A program made the position numbers and the translations under genes. The notes beneath the pieces were generated by a model that saw only the letters and a program-made list of their open reading frames with translations, was not told the origin of the DNA and did not search any database. Below, in pieces: positions 19,047 to 27,223 of a stretch of DNA of 45,900 bases. Source of the DNA: a virus (lineage: Duplodnaviria > Caudoviricetes); the IMG/VR virus record IMGVR_UViG_3300037423_001962, positions 1-45,900 of that record. The stretch is one strand, 5' to 3'. Within the stretch, counting starts at the first letter, position 1. The number at the start of each line of letters is the position of its first letter.

Positions 19047-19346
19047 TTACGAAATTTTTGTAATGTGTACGGCCGATAGTTGGTTGCGATTTAATAGAAG
19101 AAGAGCTTCTTCGAGTTGCATCTCCAAGATGTGACCGGTGTATCCGCGAACCCACTGGATAATATGGCCCGCCTGCTGCTCTGTAACGTTCGCGAGTGTG
19201 ATTGGTTCCGCTCCTACTAATTCAATTTTTACATTTACCAGTAAGGTGGTTTCCTTCGTTTGTTCTAATTTTAGTTTTTTGTCTTGAAATACTTTATCGA
19301 TTCTCTCTGCTAAAGTGGTCTCTTTTTCGCTCATCTTGCCCTCCAT
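19047..19346 (-). CDS. Hypothetical protein
   Basis: ORF in operon; likely start at 19334 after GGAGG. Confidence 0.55.
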   Translation of the reverse strand: MEGKMSEKETTLAERIDKVFQDKKLKLEQTKETTLLVNVKIELVGAEPITLANVTEQQAGHIIQWVRGYTGHILEMQLEEALLLLNRNQLSAVHITKIS

Positions 19347-19347
19347 G

Positions 19348-20385
19348 TTATAGATCGTCCCAATCGACGTTCGCTGATTTTGAGTAATTCAACACTTTCT
19401 GCTCGAAGAAATCCGTTTTCTGTGCGTTGAAACTCGAGAATTGGTCGACCCATTTCACGGGATTTTCAACGACTTCTGGATACAGTGGTTCGATTCCGAT
19501 GTTTTTGAGACGTTGGTTGCTTAGCCATTTGATGTATTGGTCGATATTTGTATCACTGAGGCCCGCGATTTTCCCGCCTGTTACGTACTGCCCCCATCGA
19601 ATCTCCATTTCAACTGCTTGCCGCATCATCTCACGCAATTCTTCAACGAGTTCAGGCGTGAACAAATGCGGATTCTCACGTTGCAATTCGCGGAAAATGT
19701 TTTGGAACAGTGCCAAATGCGTCAACTCGTCGCGTTGAATGTAACGAATCTCGGACGCAACACCAAGCAAAACGCCTTTTCGTGCGTAACTGTAGATCGT
19801 TGCGAATCCGGAATAGAAGTAGATTCCTTCGAGAATGTAATTCGCCATGCATACTTTTACGAGCTCTTGGATGTCTTGTTTTTCAATGAACGACTCGTAA
19901 ATATCGGTGATGAATTTGTTTCTCTCGAGTAGCCGAGTGTCTTCTCTCCAAAGCTGGTAAATCTTCTGACGCAACTCTGCACTTACCACGCTATCAAGAA
20001 TATAGCCGTAACTTTGTGAGTGGACAGCTTCTTGGAACGCTTGGACCGTTAAGCATAAACTCACCTCAGGGGCCGTGATGTGTTCGTTGATGTTCGGCAG
20101 GTTATGCGTTTGAATGCTGTCTAAGAAAATCAAAAACGAAATCACCCGATTAAACGTATCTTTTTCTTCGTCGCTTAGCGTCTCGTATTGCTGGTTGTCT
20201 TTACCAAGAGGGATTTCCTCAGGGATCCAAAAGTTGTTCATCATGGTGCGATACATTTTGTATGCCCAGTCATATTTAATGTTGTTTAGTTCGATAAGAT
20301 TGGTCGAGTTTCCGCCTACAATTTTGCGTTTTCCCCAATCCGCTTCCCCTTCTGGGTTGAAAAGTTTATTCTTTTTAAGTTCCAT
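19348..20385 (-). CDS. nrdB: Ribonucleotide reductase class Ia beta subunit
   Basis: FWIPEEI, FLDSIQ, EAVHSQSY, LEGIYFYSGF, RDELTH, DFFE motifs. Confidence 0.95.
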   Translation of the reverse strand: MELKKNKLFNPEGEADWGKRKIVGGNSTNLIELNNIKYDWAYKMYRTMMNNFWIPEEIPLGKDNQQYETLSDEEKDTFNRVISFLIFLDSIQTHNLPNINEHITAPEVSLCLTVQAFQEAVHSQSYGYILDSVVSAELRQKIYQLWREDTRLLERNKFITDIYESFIEKQDIQELVKVCMANYILEGIYFYSGFATIYSYARKGVLLGVASEIRYIQRDELTHLALFQNIFRELQRENPHLFTPELVEELREMMRQAVEMEIRWGQYVTGGKIAGLSDTNIDQYIKWLSNQRLKNIGIEPLYPEVVENPVKWVDQFSSFNAQKTDFFEQKVLNYSKSANVDWDDL

Positions 20386-20406
20386 CTTTCATCCTCCTCA
20401 ATGAAG

Positions 20407-20434
20407 TATCCGTAAGCTTCCCTGGGCTTGTCCC
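20407..20434 (-). promoter_or_regulatory. Putative phage-sigma promoter GGGACA-N16-CGGATA
   Basis: Exact hexamers, 16-bp spacer, upstream of nrdB. Confidence 0.8.
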
Positions 20435-20501
20435 ATTTTGGTAAAATTTCTTGTAAAGGAGTGGTCATTATGATAGAAAAGAAGAGAATCGAGGTGGTGT
20501 T

Positions 20502-20954
20502 ATGAAGAAGAAAAAAGCAGATTTTACCTTCTTAAATCAATATGGAACAGTCGTCCCGGTGTTTCTTGGAAACGGATATAATTTGCGTTTTATTGAATAT
20601 ACAGGGCTTAACTATCTGACCCACGGAAATATATGGTGCACGACAGGTCTCTTCGGAAGGGAAAATGAAGAAAAGAAAATACGGCTTTCTCAAATCTATG
20701 ATGCAGAATGGAACGGAGAGCCCCTTCGCAAATATATGAAAAAACCGTATTTAGAATCGTTGTTTGGTATTAAACTTACATTAGAGGAGCAAGTAGATCT
20801 AAAACTTTTATGCGGTTTTTATATCAATGTTACATCAAACAGTTATCATGGAATTTTTGATACCTTGGAATTTATCAAACGCCATGAAGAGGAAATTGAG
20901 AAGAAACACCCGGAAGAGTGGAAAAAATTTCGTCTTCTGTATATGTTTTTATAA
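20502..20954 (+). CDS. Hypothetical protein, opposite strand, with C-terminal HP..FRLLYMFL motif
   Basis: GAGGTG RBS; downstream hairpin AAGGGGGTTC-taaat-GAACCCCTCTT. Confidence 0.65.
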   Translation: MKKKKADFTFLNQYGTVVPVFLGNGYNLRFIEYTGLNYLTHGNIWCTTGLFGRENEEKKIRLSQIYDAEWNGEPLRKYMKKPYLESLFGIKLTLEEQVDLKLLCGFYINVTSNSYHGIFDTLEFIKRHEEEIEKKHPEEWKKFRLLYMFL

Positions 20955-20961
20955 GGGGGTT

Positions 20962-21195
20962 CTAAATGAACCCCTCTTCGTCGTCTTCAAATTTTATCTC
21001 TTCCAAACTATCGAATAAGTCATTTTGAAGTTCGAGAATAAATAGATTCTTTTCCAAATCTTTTATTCCGCCCTCTAATGTTCGCTGCAGATCTAGCAAC
21101 ATTTGCAAGTTTCGCATCGCAATGTCGATGCATTCGCTGTTTATTTCTTTCGCGTCGTAAAACTCTTTTAATCTCGCCAGCATTTCGTCTCTCAT
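20962..21195 (-). CDS. Hypothetical coiled-coil protein
   Basis: AGGAGG RBS, acidic tail. Confidence 0.6.
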   Translation of the reverse strand: MRDEMLARLKEFYDAKEINSECIDIAMRNLQMLLDLQRTLEGGIKDLEKNLFILELQNDLFDSLEEIKFEDDEEGFI

Positions 21196-21207
21196 TGGTT
21201 CCTCCTA

Positions 21208-21237
21208 AAAATAAAACGCCCCGAAGGGCGTTTCTTT
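21208..21237 (-). terminator. Intrinsic terminator after nrdA
   Basis: AAACGCCC-ttcg-GGGCGTTTTATTTTT on minus strand. Confidence 0.75.
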
Positions 21238-23461
21238 ATGAACTGCAGCTTACACAATCTTCAACTTCTAAACTTTGCGAACGAACATAATAGAGCGTCT
21301 TCATTCCGACTTTCCATGCCGTTAAGTACAGATTCAACATTTCTTTCGCACTGATCGTCGGGCGAATATAGAGGTTAAACGACTGGCCTTGGTCGATGTG
21401 CCGCTGACGAATTCCTGCTGCACGAATACTCCATACTTGGTCGATGTTGTGGGCCTCTTTATAGAACCAGAACGTTTTCAGATTCAAGTTCGGAGCCGTT
21501 TGTGGAATGAGACCATTTTTCTTTTCTTCCATCCAAAACTTCGAGAACACAGGGTCAATTCCAGCTGTCGAACCACTGATTAGCGAGGTGCTGCCTGTTG
21601 GAGCGATGGCGAACATATACGAATTGCGGACGCCGTGTTTTTGTACTTCTTCGCGAAGTTTTTTCCAACGCAGCGAACTGTATTTTCGGCGGATGAAGTA
21701 TTCTCCGCGTTGCCACTCGCTTCCCTCAAAGAGTTCGTAAGAACCTTTTTCTTTGGCGTTTTCCATAGACGCTTTGATTGCGTAGTAGTTAATGTTTTCA
21801 AACAATTCATCCGCGTATTCAAGATGTTGTTCCGATTCCCAAGAAATGCCCTTTTGAGCAAGGTCCTGGTGATACCCGGAGACGCCCAGACCAATGGCAC
21901 GGTATTTTTGATTCGTGATTTCGGACTGTTTGACGGGATAGAAGTTTAAGTCAATGACATTATCCATCGAACGCATAAGCGTTGTGGTCGTATTTTCCAA
22001 ATCTTCGTCTGATTCGACGCGACCCAGGTTGATTGACGCGAGATTACATGTGATATAGTCGCCATTTTCGACTTGTCGGATAATCTGGTTTCCTTCGATT
22101 CTCTCTTCTACGAGTCGACTTGGGGAACCATTTTGCAATATTTCGGTACACAGATTAGACGAGTAGATCATCCCTGCGTGTTTGTTTGGATTCATACGAT
22201 TTACCGTGTCTTTGAACATGATAAACGGTGTACCTGTTTCAAACGCGGACTGCATGATTCGTTTCATGATGTCGATAGCTGGAATTTCCACACGTGGAAG
22301 CATTGGATGGTCGACACATTTCTTGTAGAAATCTTCGAATTCTTCTCCGTACGTATCCTCTAACCTTGCACTAAAATACGTTTCGACTTCATGCGGACAG
22401 AACAAATAGTAGTTTTCACGATTTTCAACGGCTCGCATGAAATTATCAGGTAGATTTACGGCAGGGAAAATATCATGTGCTTTCATTCGGTCGTCGCCTG
22501 CATTGGTCTTCAACTGAAGAAAATCAAGTACGTCTTTGTGCCAGACATCCAAGTAAATGGCAACACTACCCTGTCGAACGCCTAGTTGATTACATGCTAA
22601 TGCGGTGTTGTTGAAATTTTTAATCCACGGAACAATTCCACCGCTTGCTCCCGCTACGCCGCGAATAGGAGAATTTTTCGCTCGTACTTTCGTGATTGCA
22701 ATTCCCATTCCACCACCGAATTTTGAAACGTGAGCAAACGCATCATTCGTGTTGTAAATGCTCCACAGGTTATCGTCGACGGTATCGATAAAGCAACTTG
22801 AGAGCTGGTGAAACACTTTACCGGCGTTTGCAAGTGTCGGCGTGGCAACGGTTGCTTTTAGCTGAGAGAGCACGTCGTAGAAACGTTTTGCCCAGTGAAT
22901 CCGATGTTTCTCTTTCATCGCAAGGTGCATGGCGACGATCATAAATCGTTCTTGCGGCAATTCCATAATTTCGGCTTTGTTGCTTTTTGCAGTGTAGCGG
23001 TCCATGAGTTGCTTAACGCCTACATAGTTAAACAAGAAGTCTCGTTCTGGTTTGATATATTCTCCGAGTTCTTCGACTTCTTCTTTGGAGTAATGCTGCA
23101 GAAGATAATCTCCGTAAACATCTTGTTTCGTTAGACAATGAACAAGTTTGAAAAAATCACTGTAGCCGAACTTTTTATATTTCCGGGAAAGACCCGCTTC
23201 TTTGTATGCATCATAAAGATAAAGACGAGCAGCGACAAATTGCCAATTCGGCTGCTCAATCGATGTTTTTTCAATCGCCGTTTTTACAAGTGCTTCTTGA
23301 ATTTCCCGTGTGGTGATTCCGTTTCGGAATTCTCCAATAAGGGCGTGTTCGAGTTCGAGTGGATCGCAATTTTCGAGACCCTCGCAGGCATAATCGATGA
23401 CCTTTTTAAGTTTCGAGTAGTTTAATTCCTCTTCTTTTCCGTTTCGTTTAACAATAATCAT
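21236..23461 (-). CDS. nrdA: Ribonucleotide reductase class Ia alpha subunit with ATP cone
   Basis: IVKRNG ATP cone, ATPTL.NAG, LSSCF, SNLCTEI, CNLAS, APTGST, KTLYY, C-terminal CVSC. Confidence 0.97.
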   Translation of the reverse strand: MIIVKRNGKEEELNYSKLKKVIDYACEGLENCDPLELEHALIGEFRNGITTREIQEALVKTAIEKTSIEQPNWQFVAARLYLYDAYKEAGLSRKYKKFGYSDFFKLVHCLTKQDVYGDYLLQHYSKEEVEELGEYIKPERDFLFNYVGVKQLMDRYTAKSNKAEIMELPQERFMIVAMHLAMKEKHRIHWAKRFYDVLSQLKATVATPTLANAGKVFHQLSSCFIDTVDDNLWSIYNTNDAFAHVSKFGGGMGIAITKVRAKNSPIRGVAGASGGIVPWIKNFNNTALACNQLGVRQGSVAIYLDVWHKDVLDFLQLKTNAGDDRMKAHDIFPAVNLPDNFMRAVENRENYYLFCPHEVETYFSARLEDTYGEEFEDFYKKCVDHPMLPRVEIPAIDIMKRIMQSAFETGTPFIMFKDTVNRMNPNKHAGMIYSSNLCTEILQNGSPSRLVEERIEGNQIIRQVENGDYITCNLASINLGRVESDEDLENTTTTLMRSMDNVIDLNFYPVKQSEITNQKYRAIGLGVSGYHQDLAQKGISWESEQHLEYADELFENINYYAIKASMENAKEKGSYELFEGSEWQRGEYFIRRKYSSLRWKKLREEVQKHGVRNSYMFAIAPTGSTSLISGSTAGIDPVFSKFWMEEKKNGLIPQTAPNLNLKTFWFYKEAHNIDQVWSIRAAGIRQRHIDQGQSFNLYIRPTISAKEMLNLYLTAWKVGMKTLYYVRSQSLEVEDCVSCSS

Positions 23462-23470
23462 AGTTTCCTC

Positions 23471-23737
23471 CTAGTTAACAACAAATAGTAAGCGTAATTT
23501 TGGGTGTTCTTTTAATTTCTGCATTAGTTCGTTCAATGGTTCGTCTTCGTGTTTACGCCAACCCCAACCTTTTTCACCCCTAAAAAAACTAAAATTACAT
23601 CTATCGTTTCCGACTCGTACAGTAGCAAATAGAATGTTACTTGTTAATTCATAGCCCTCAACGTCGTAATCTTCTTGTTCCAATGCCTGCTTTACTATAG
23701 TCGCTGCATCTACCATTTTTTGTCCCCCTATTTTCAT
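23471..23737 (-). CDS. Hypothetical protein with C-terminal HPKLRLLF motif
   Basis: Ends QKLKEHPKLRLLFVVN. Confidence 0.65.
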   Translation of the reverse strand: MKIGGQKMVDAATIVKQALEQEDYDVEGYELTSNILFATVRVGNDRCNFSFFRGEKGWGWRKHEDEPLNELMQKLKEHPKLRLLFVVN

Positions 23738-23745
23738 ATGAATCG

Positions 23746-23961
23746 TTAATCCAACAAATTGTTAATTTTGTCTTTTCCAAAAATTTGATAACGGCTCGTT
23801 TCTACACCGTTTTCCCAAACATAAATCTTTGCATGTTCCCAATCACGCCAAACAGAATAATCGTAGGCTACATCAATTGCCTTTTGTTTGTCTGTTCCGA
23901 CATATTCAATCTTTCGTGCTTCACCAAACATCTCCCAATATTCCACAACATATGTTTTCAT
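23746..23961 (-). CDS. Hypothetical protein
   Basis: ORF with RBS in co-oriented run. Confidence 0.6.
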   Translation of the reverse strand: MKTYVVEYWEMFGEARKIEYVGTDKQKAIDVAYDYSVWRDWEHAKIYVWENGVETSRYQIFGKDKINNLLD

Positions 23962-24003
23962 TCCATTCTCCTATTCTTGCTATGTTTCATATTTCAAGTA
24001 GAT

Positions 24004-24231
24004 TTACTTCGTAAACAACATAGCTAATCCGGCTCCTATTAATAGAAAGACCATAAGAAGTGCTATTCCTGTTACAGGTATAACCATCAGGCTTATTGCT
24101 TCTCTCGAACGTTCTGACCATTTGGTTTTTGCATTCAATTGCCAATCTACCAATTTTTCAATAATAATTACGTGTAGAATAAGCCATCCATAAGCAGCGA
24201 AAAGAATGTATAGGATTACTAGAAATGCCAT
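24004..24231 (-). CDS. Small two-TM membrane protein
   Basis: Two hydrophobic helices. Confidence 0.6.
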   Translation of the reverse strand: MAFLVILYILFAAYGWLILHVIIIEKLVDWQLNAKTKWSERSREAISLMVIPVTGIALLMVFLLIGAGLAMLFTK

Positions 24232-24470
24232 TCTAGCAACCCCTCGTCTTCTCGATTTTTTAACATTTCACGGATATATTCAATACTGTTAATTTCGTGA
24301 TGAAGGTGCTTGATTGTATCGATTGACTCTTCCACGTAGTAGTCTTTATCAATTTCCCTTGTTTCTAAGTTATTTTTTAGAAAGGTTAATCGTTTAAAAG
24401 CGTGGTCTTTGTGTTTTCTTTCCCTTTCGGCTAGAAATTCTTCTAGTGCGTGTTCAAACATCTCACTCAT
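24219..24470 (-). CDS. Hypothetical protein
   Basis: Overlap-coupled ORF. Confidence 0.6.
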   Translation of the reverse strand: MSEMFEHALEEFLAERERKHKDHAFKRLTFLKNNLETREIDKDYYVEESIDTIKHLHHEINSIEYIREMLKNREDEGLLEWHF

Positions 24471-24678
24471 TTTGCATTACCCTCTCAATTTGTTCTATTG
24501 CCTCTTTTACATAGGTTGTAAAAGAACTCGTCATACTAGGTTTCTCCGGCCTCTTCTTACAGTAGGAGCATGTCAAGTCATCACATTCTCCTTCTAACCA
24601 CGTATCACAAACAACGCACATATACGCATCGCATCCCTCATGATAGACCTGCCAAGGTGTTTCGCAGCAAGACTTCAT
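24463..24678 (-). CDS. Cys-rich small Zn-binding protein
   Basis: DAYMCVVCDTWLE..CDD..CSYC..RP.KP. Confidence 0.65.
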   Translation of the reverse strand: MKSCCETPWQVYHEGCDAYMCVVCDTWLEGECDDLTCSYCKKRPEKPSMTSSFTTYVKEAIEQIERVMQNE

Positions 24679-24956
24679 GCGAACATATACCCCACAATCC
24701 GAACGTCTGGATTGTTGCGAAGCCGAAGCTGTTCATCGTACGCCGTTCCGTAATACACAACTTTTTCGTCGATTTGCTCCGTGTTGATAATCAGCTCAAC
24801 AGCTCCCGTCGGAAGTTGAACTGCGATTACCATTTTGGTAATTTTCTTTCCGTTCTTTTCACGTATTGATTTACTTTCTTCAAACGCTTGAATGAATGCC
24901 TCTTTATTTGTCATTTTCATTTCCTCCCCGTTTATATCGCAAAATTCAAATAACAA
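24675..24956 (-). CDS. Conserved phage protein
   Basis: AVQLPTGAVELIIN...YY..AYDEQLRL..NPDVRIV; true start probably near 24920. Confidence 0.65.
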   Translation of the reverse strand: MLFEFCDINGEEMKMTNKEAFIQAFEESKSIREKNGKKITKMVIAVQLPTGAVELIINTEQIDEKVVYYGTAYDEQLRLRNNPDVRIVGYMFA

Positions 24957-25321
24957 TCAGCTGGTAGGCTGTTGGTTTTTCGTTTATTTTTTCGTGGCGT
25001 TAGCCGAATGGTAAACCCTTTAGCACCTGCTTGTACATCTTCAACAGGAATGTAATACACCTCGTCATTAAAAGGTGCATACACTGCGAAGAAGTCGATT
25101 TGACCAGGCGTGTAGGGCTCCTCGAACGTGACTCTGAGGTTTCCATCTCGACGATCAATGCGTGCGGTTTTGATTTGAATTCTCGTAAACTCTCGTTCTC
25201 CCACTTCTACCAAACGGTCATAACGTGTTGGAATCATCGGCTCCAACACGTTATACCCCTGTTTTAGTAGATCCAACACAATCGTCGTTTCGGAGATGCC
25301 TCCGACTTGGTTTGAATGCAT
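24932..25321 (-). CDS. Free-standing PD-(D/E)XK endonuclease (PDDEXK_5-like)
   Basis: G.ISE, RYD.LVE, RIQIKT, Y....IDFFAVY, YYIP motifs. Confidence 0.8.
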   Translation of the reverse strand: MHSNQVGGISETTIVLDLLKQGYNVLEPMIPTRYDRLVEVGEREFTRIQIKTARIDRRDGNLRVTFEEPYTPGQIDFFAVYAPFNDEVYYIPVEDVQAGAKGFTIRLTPRKNKRKTNSLPADCYLNFAI

Positions 25322-25342
25322 TTTATCTCCTCCTCAGTTGAA

Positions 25343-25370
25343 TATCCGTAAGATTTTTTAGTCTTGTCCC
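25343..25370 (-). promoter_or_regulatory. Putative phage-sigma promoter GGGACA-N16-CGGATA
   Basis: Exact hexamers, 16-bp spacer, overlaps rusA 3' end. Confidence 0.8.
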
Positions 25371-25795
25371 TTGACAACGAGCGATTGACGAATTTTTTCT
25401 ACTTCTTCTTCGTAGTTTTGATCCGCTGGATAAATCACAACTTCCGCCCGCTGCTCTTCCAGCTTGTCCACGACAAGATAGGCGTGGATGATTTTCACTT
25501 GCTTGTCGTCTTTCCACGATGTGCCGTTTAACGCATCACTTATCGACTTGATGTAGTTATCCACGTCGCCATGGTTTCGTTTGTTGAAATATAAAAAGAC
25601 GTCTAAAGTAAGATGACCTTCCAACTTTTCAGCATTTGGAAAGGCGTCTTCATAGGCGTCTTTTACGTCTCGTTCATAATCTAACGTAGTTTGTGGGGTA
25701 ATGACTTTTCCCCGAACGAATCGTGGTCGTTCCTTCGGGTGTGGCCTTCCTGGAACGATAAAGTGTCGTAGTTCACTCATGCTTTCACTCCTCAA
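25358..25795 (-). CDS. rusA: RusA-family Holliday junction resolvase
   Basis: PG.P.PKERPR, GDVDNYIKSISDALNG..WKDD.QV. Confidence 0.92.
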   Translation of the reverse strand: MRSESMSELRHFIVPGRPHPKERPRFVRGKVITPQTTLDYERDVKDAYEDAFPNAEKLEGHLTLDVFLYFNKRNHGDVDNYIKSISDALNGTSWKDDKQVKIIHAYLVVDKLEEQRAEVVIYPADQNYEEEVEKIRQSLVVKGQD

Positions 25796-26054
25796 ATAAT
25801 GTATCTAACCTGTTAATAACCCATCGCTTATGAGCAAACGAACGGATGTCTTCTTGTTCGGACTCTGGTATTTCCTCATCTCTAGCAGATAAAACTTCTT
25901 TTGTGTCAGGATTGTATTTCCAATTAAAGGACCCGATCAGGTCGCCCATTTTATCCAAGTATTCAGTTCTTCCTAAAATATATGGATCGCTGTAAAGACA
26001 ATATTGATGAATCACGTATCGGGAATATTTTATAAAATGCATGTTTTCCTCCAA
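25785..26054 (-). CDS. Hypothetical protein (divergent C-terminal RL-motif member)
   Basis: FNWKYNPDTKEV strand pair; ends INRLDTLFEE. Confidence 0.55.
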   Translation of the reverse strand: MEENMHFIKYSRYVIHQYCLYSDPYILGRTEYLDKMGDLIGSFNWKYNPDTKEVLSARDEEIPESEQEDIRSFAHKRWVINRLDTLFEE

Positions 26055-26066
26055 AAGAAAAAGCAG

Positions 26067-26942
26067 CTACTTTTTGCTGCTCTTTTTTTCTTCAAAACTG
26101 TATCCGCCGTCTTTATGGCACTGATTTTTAAATGGGCAGAATCCACATTTTGAAAGGTCTGGCTCTGGAAGTTTTTCTTCTTTAATCGCTTCTACAACAG
26201 AAGCAAGTCTCAGCAACAGCTCTTTCGCCTCTTCTTTGGAGACGGAAACGAAGTAATGAGCGATGTCTTCTTTATCAGGGTTAATGTCGCTCCATTCAGG
26301 CTTACTTAGTGATTCATATTCAAAAATCCAATCCGTAATACCCCAAATTAAGGCATAGGCGACAGCTTGCTTTTTATGCGTATCCTGAGGCGAACCTTCT
26401 TTTAAAATCTTGTTAAGGTTCTTTCGTTTGTCTTTCGTTTTCTTTTCGAATCCGATTATGCGACTTACGTCTCCGTTCTCGTCCAATAGACCTAATTTTC
26501 CATCCGAACGACCACGAAGTTTTACCGTGTGACCGTTGACCGTGTAGGATTTCTCTCCGTCGAATTCAGCGTCTAAGAATTTAAAATGCACCGAATGACC
26601 CGCTTTTTTTAGCTTTTCTTCCATTTTAAAATAGTCGTCTTGGGTGATGTCGTGGCATCCTGTTCCGTTTCGACTCATTCGCTCACGCCATGGAATCAAT
26701 GGAATCGTATCTTTTTCGGCGTTTGTGTTTTCGTAGTAGAGCTCTCGCATACATTTATCAACGCCAGACGGGGAAAAGTAAATTTCGCTTCGCAAACGTT
26801 GTTCGCGTGGGATAGAGTAGAAGGTGTTAATTTGCTCGTGAAATAAATCCGCCAGGTACTGTTCATCGTGCATTTCTTTTTTCGGTGCATCAAAATCTGG
26901 ATAGTGTTTCTCTTCTTCTGCGTCAAAATAAAATTTGTTCAC
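26067..26942 (-). CDS. Cas4-like / PD-(D/E)XK exonuclease with Fe-S cysteines
   Basis: FSPS...C.RELYY, GRSDG, FEKKT, Q..AY, CGFCPFKNQC. Confidence 0.85.
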   Translation of the reverse strand: MNKFYFDAEEEKHYPDFDAPKKEMHDEQYLADLFHEQINTFYSIPREQRLRSEIYFSPSGVDKCMRELYYENTNAEKDTIPLIPWRERMSRNGTGCHDITQDDYFKMEEKLKKAGHSVHFKFLDAEFDGEKSYTVNGHTVKLRGRSDGKLGLLDENGDVSRIIGFEKKTKDKRKNLNKILKEGSPQDTHKKQAVAYALIWGITDWIFEYESLSKPEWSDINPDKEDIAHYFVSVSKEEAKELLLRLASVVEAIKEEKLPEPDLSKCGFCPFKNQCHKDGGYSFEEKKSSKK

Positions 26943-27223
26943 TGTATTCCCCCACTTTCAAATGCACCTGTTAGAAAGAGAAGTCTTGTTTGGGGACATT
27001 CTTCTTTTACAAAGTGCCAAATTTGTTTTAAACATTCTGCGTAGTCAATATTATTTCTGTCTAAAAAACCCATGAATGAGTTAGGGTGGAAAGGCACTTC
27101 AATTATATATTGTTTGTCGTATTTATTACGGGTGATTCCTATTTGATACATGTCATTTATGATCACAATTATTCTGAATTCGTTGTTGTCTTCGTAGATA
27201 TTCAAAAATTTAACTTCAACCAT
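26939..27223 (-). CDS. Hypothetical protein with C-terminal P.TRLLFL motif
   Basis: GAGGAG RBS inside polA end, ATG 27223; ends IWHFVKEECPQTRLLFLTGAFESGGIQ. Confidence 0.6.
   Translation of the reverse strand: MVEVKFLNIYEDNNEFRIIVIINDMYQIGITRNKYDKQYIIEVPFHPNSFMGFLDRNNIDYAECLKQIWHFVKEECPQTRLLFLTGAFESGGIQ

Noticed and set aside
26067-26942. Cas4-like gene as part of a CRISPR-Cas system
   Set aside because: No cas1/cas2 or array; solo Cas4-like nucleases are common in phage replication modules
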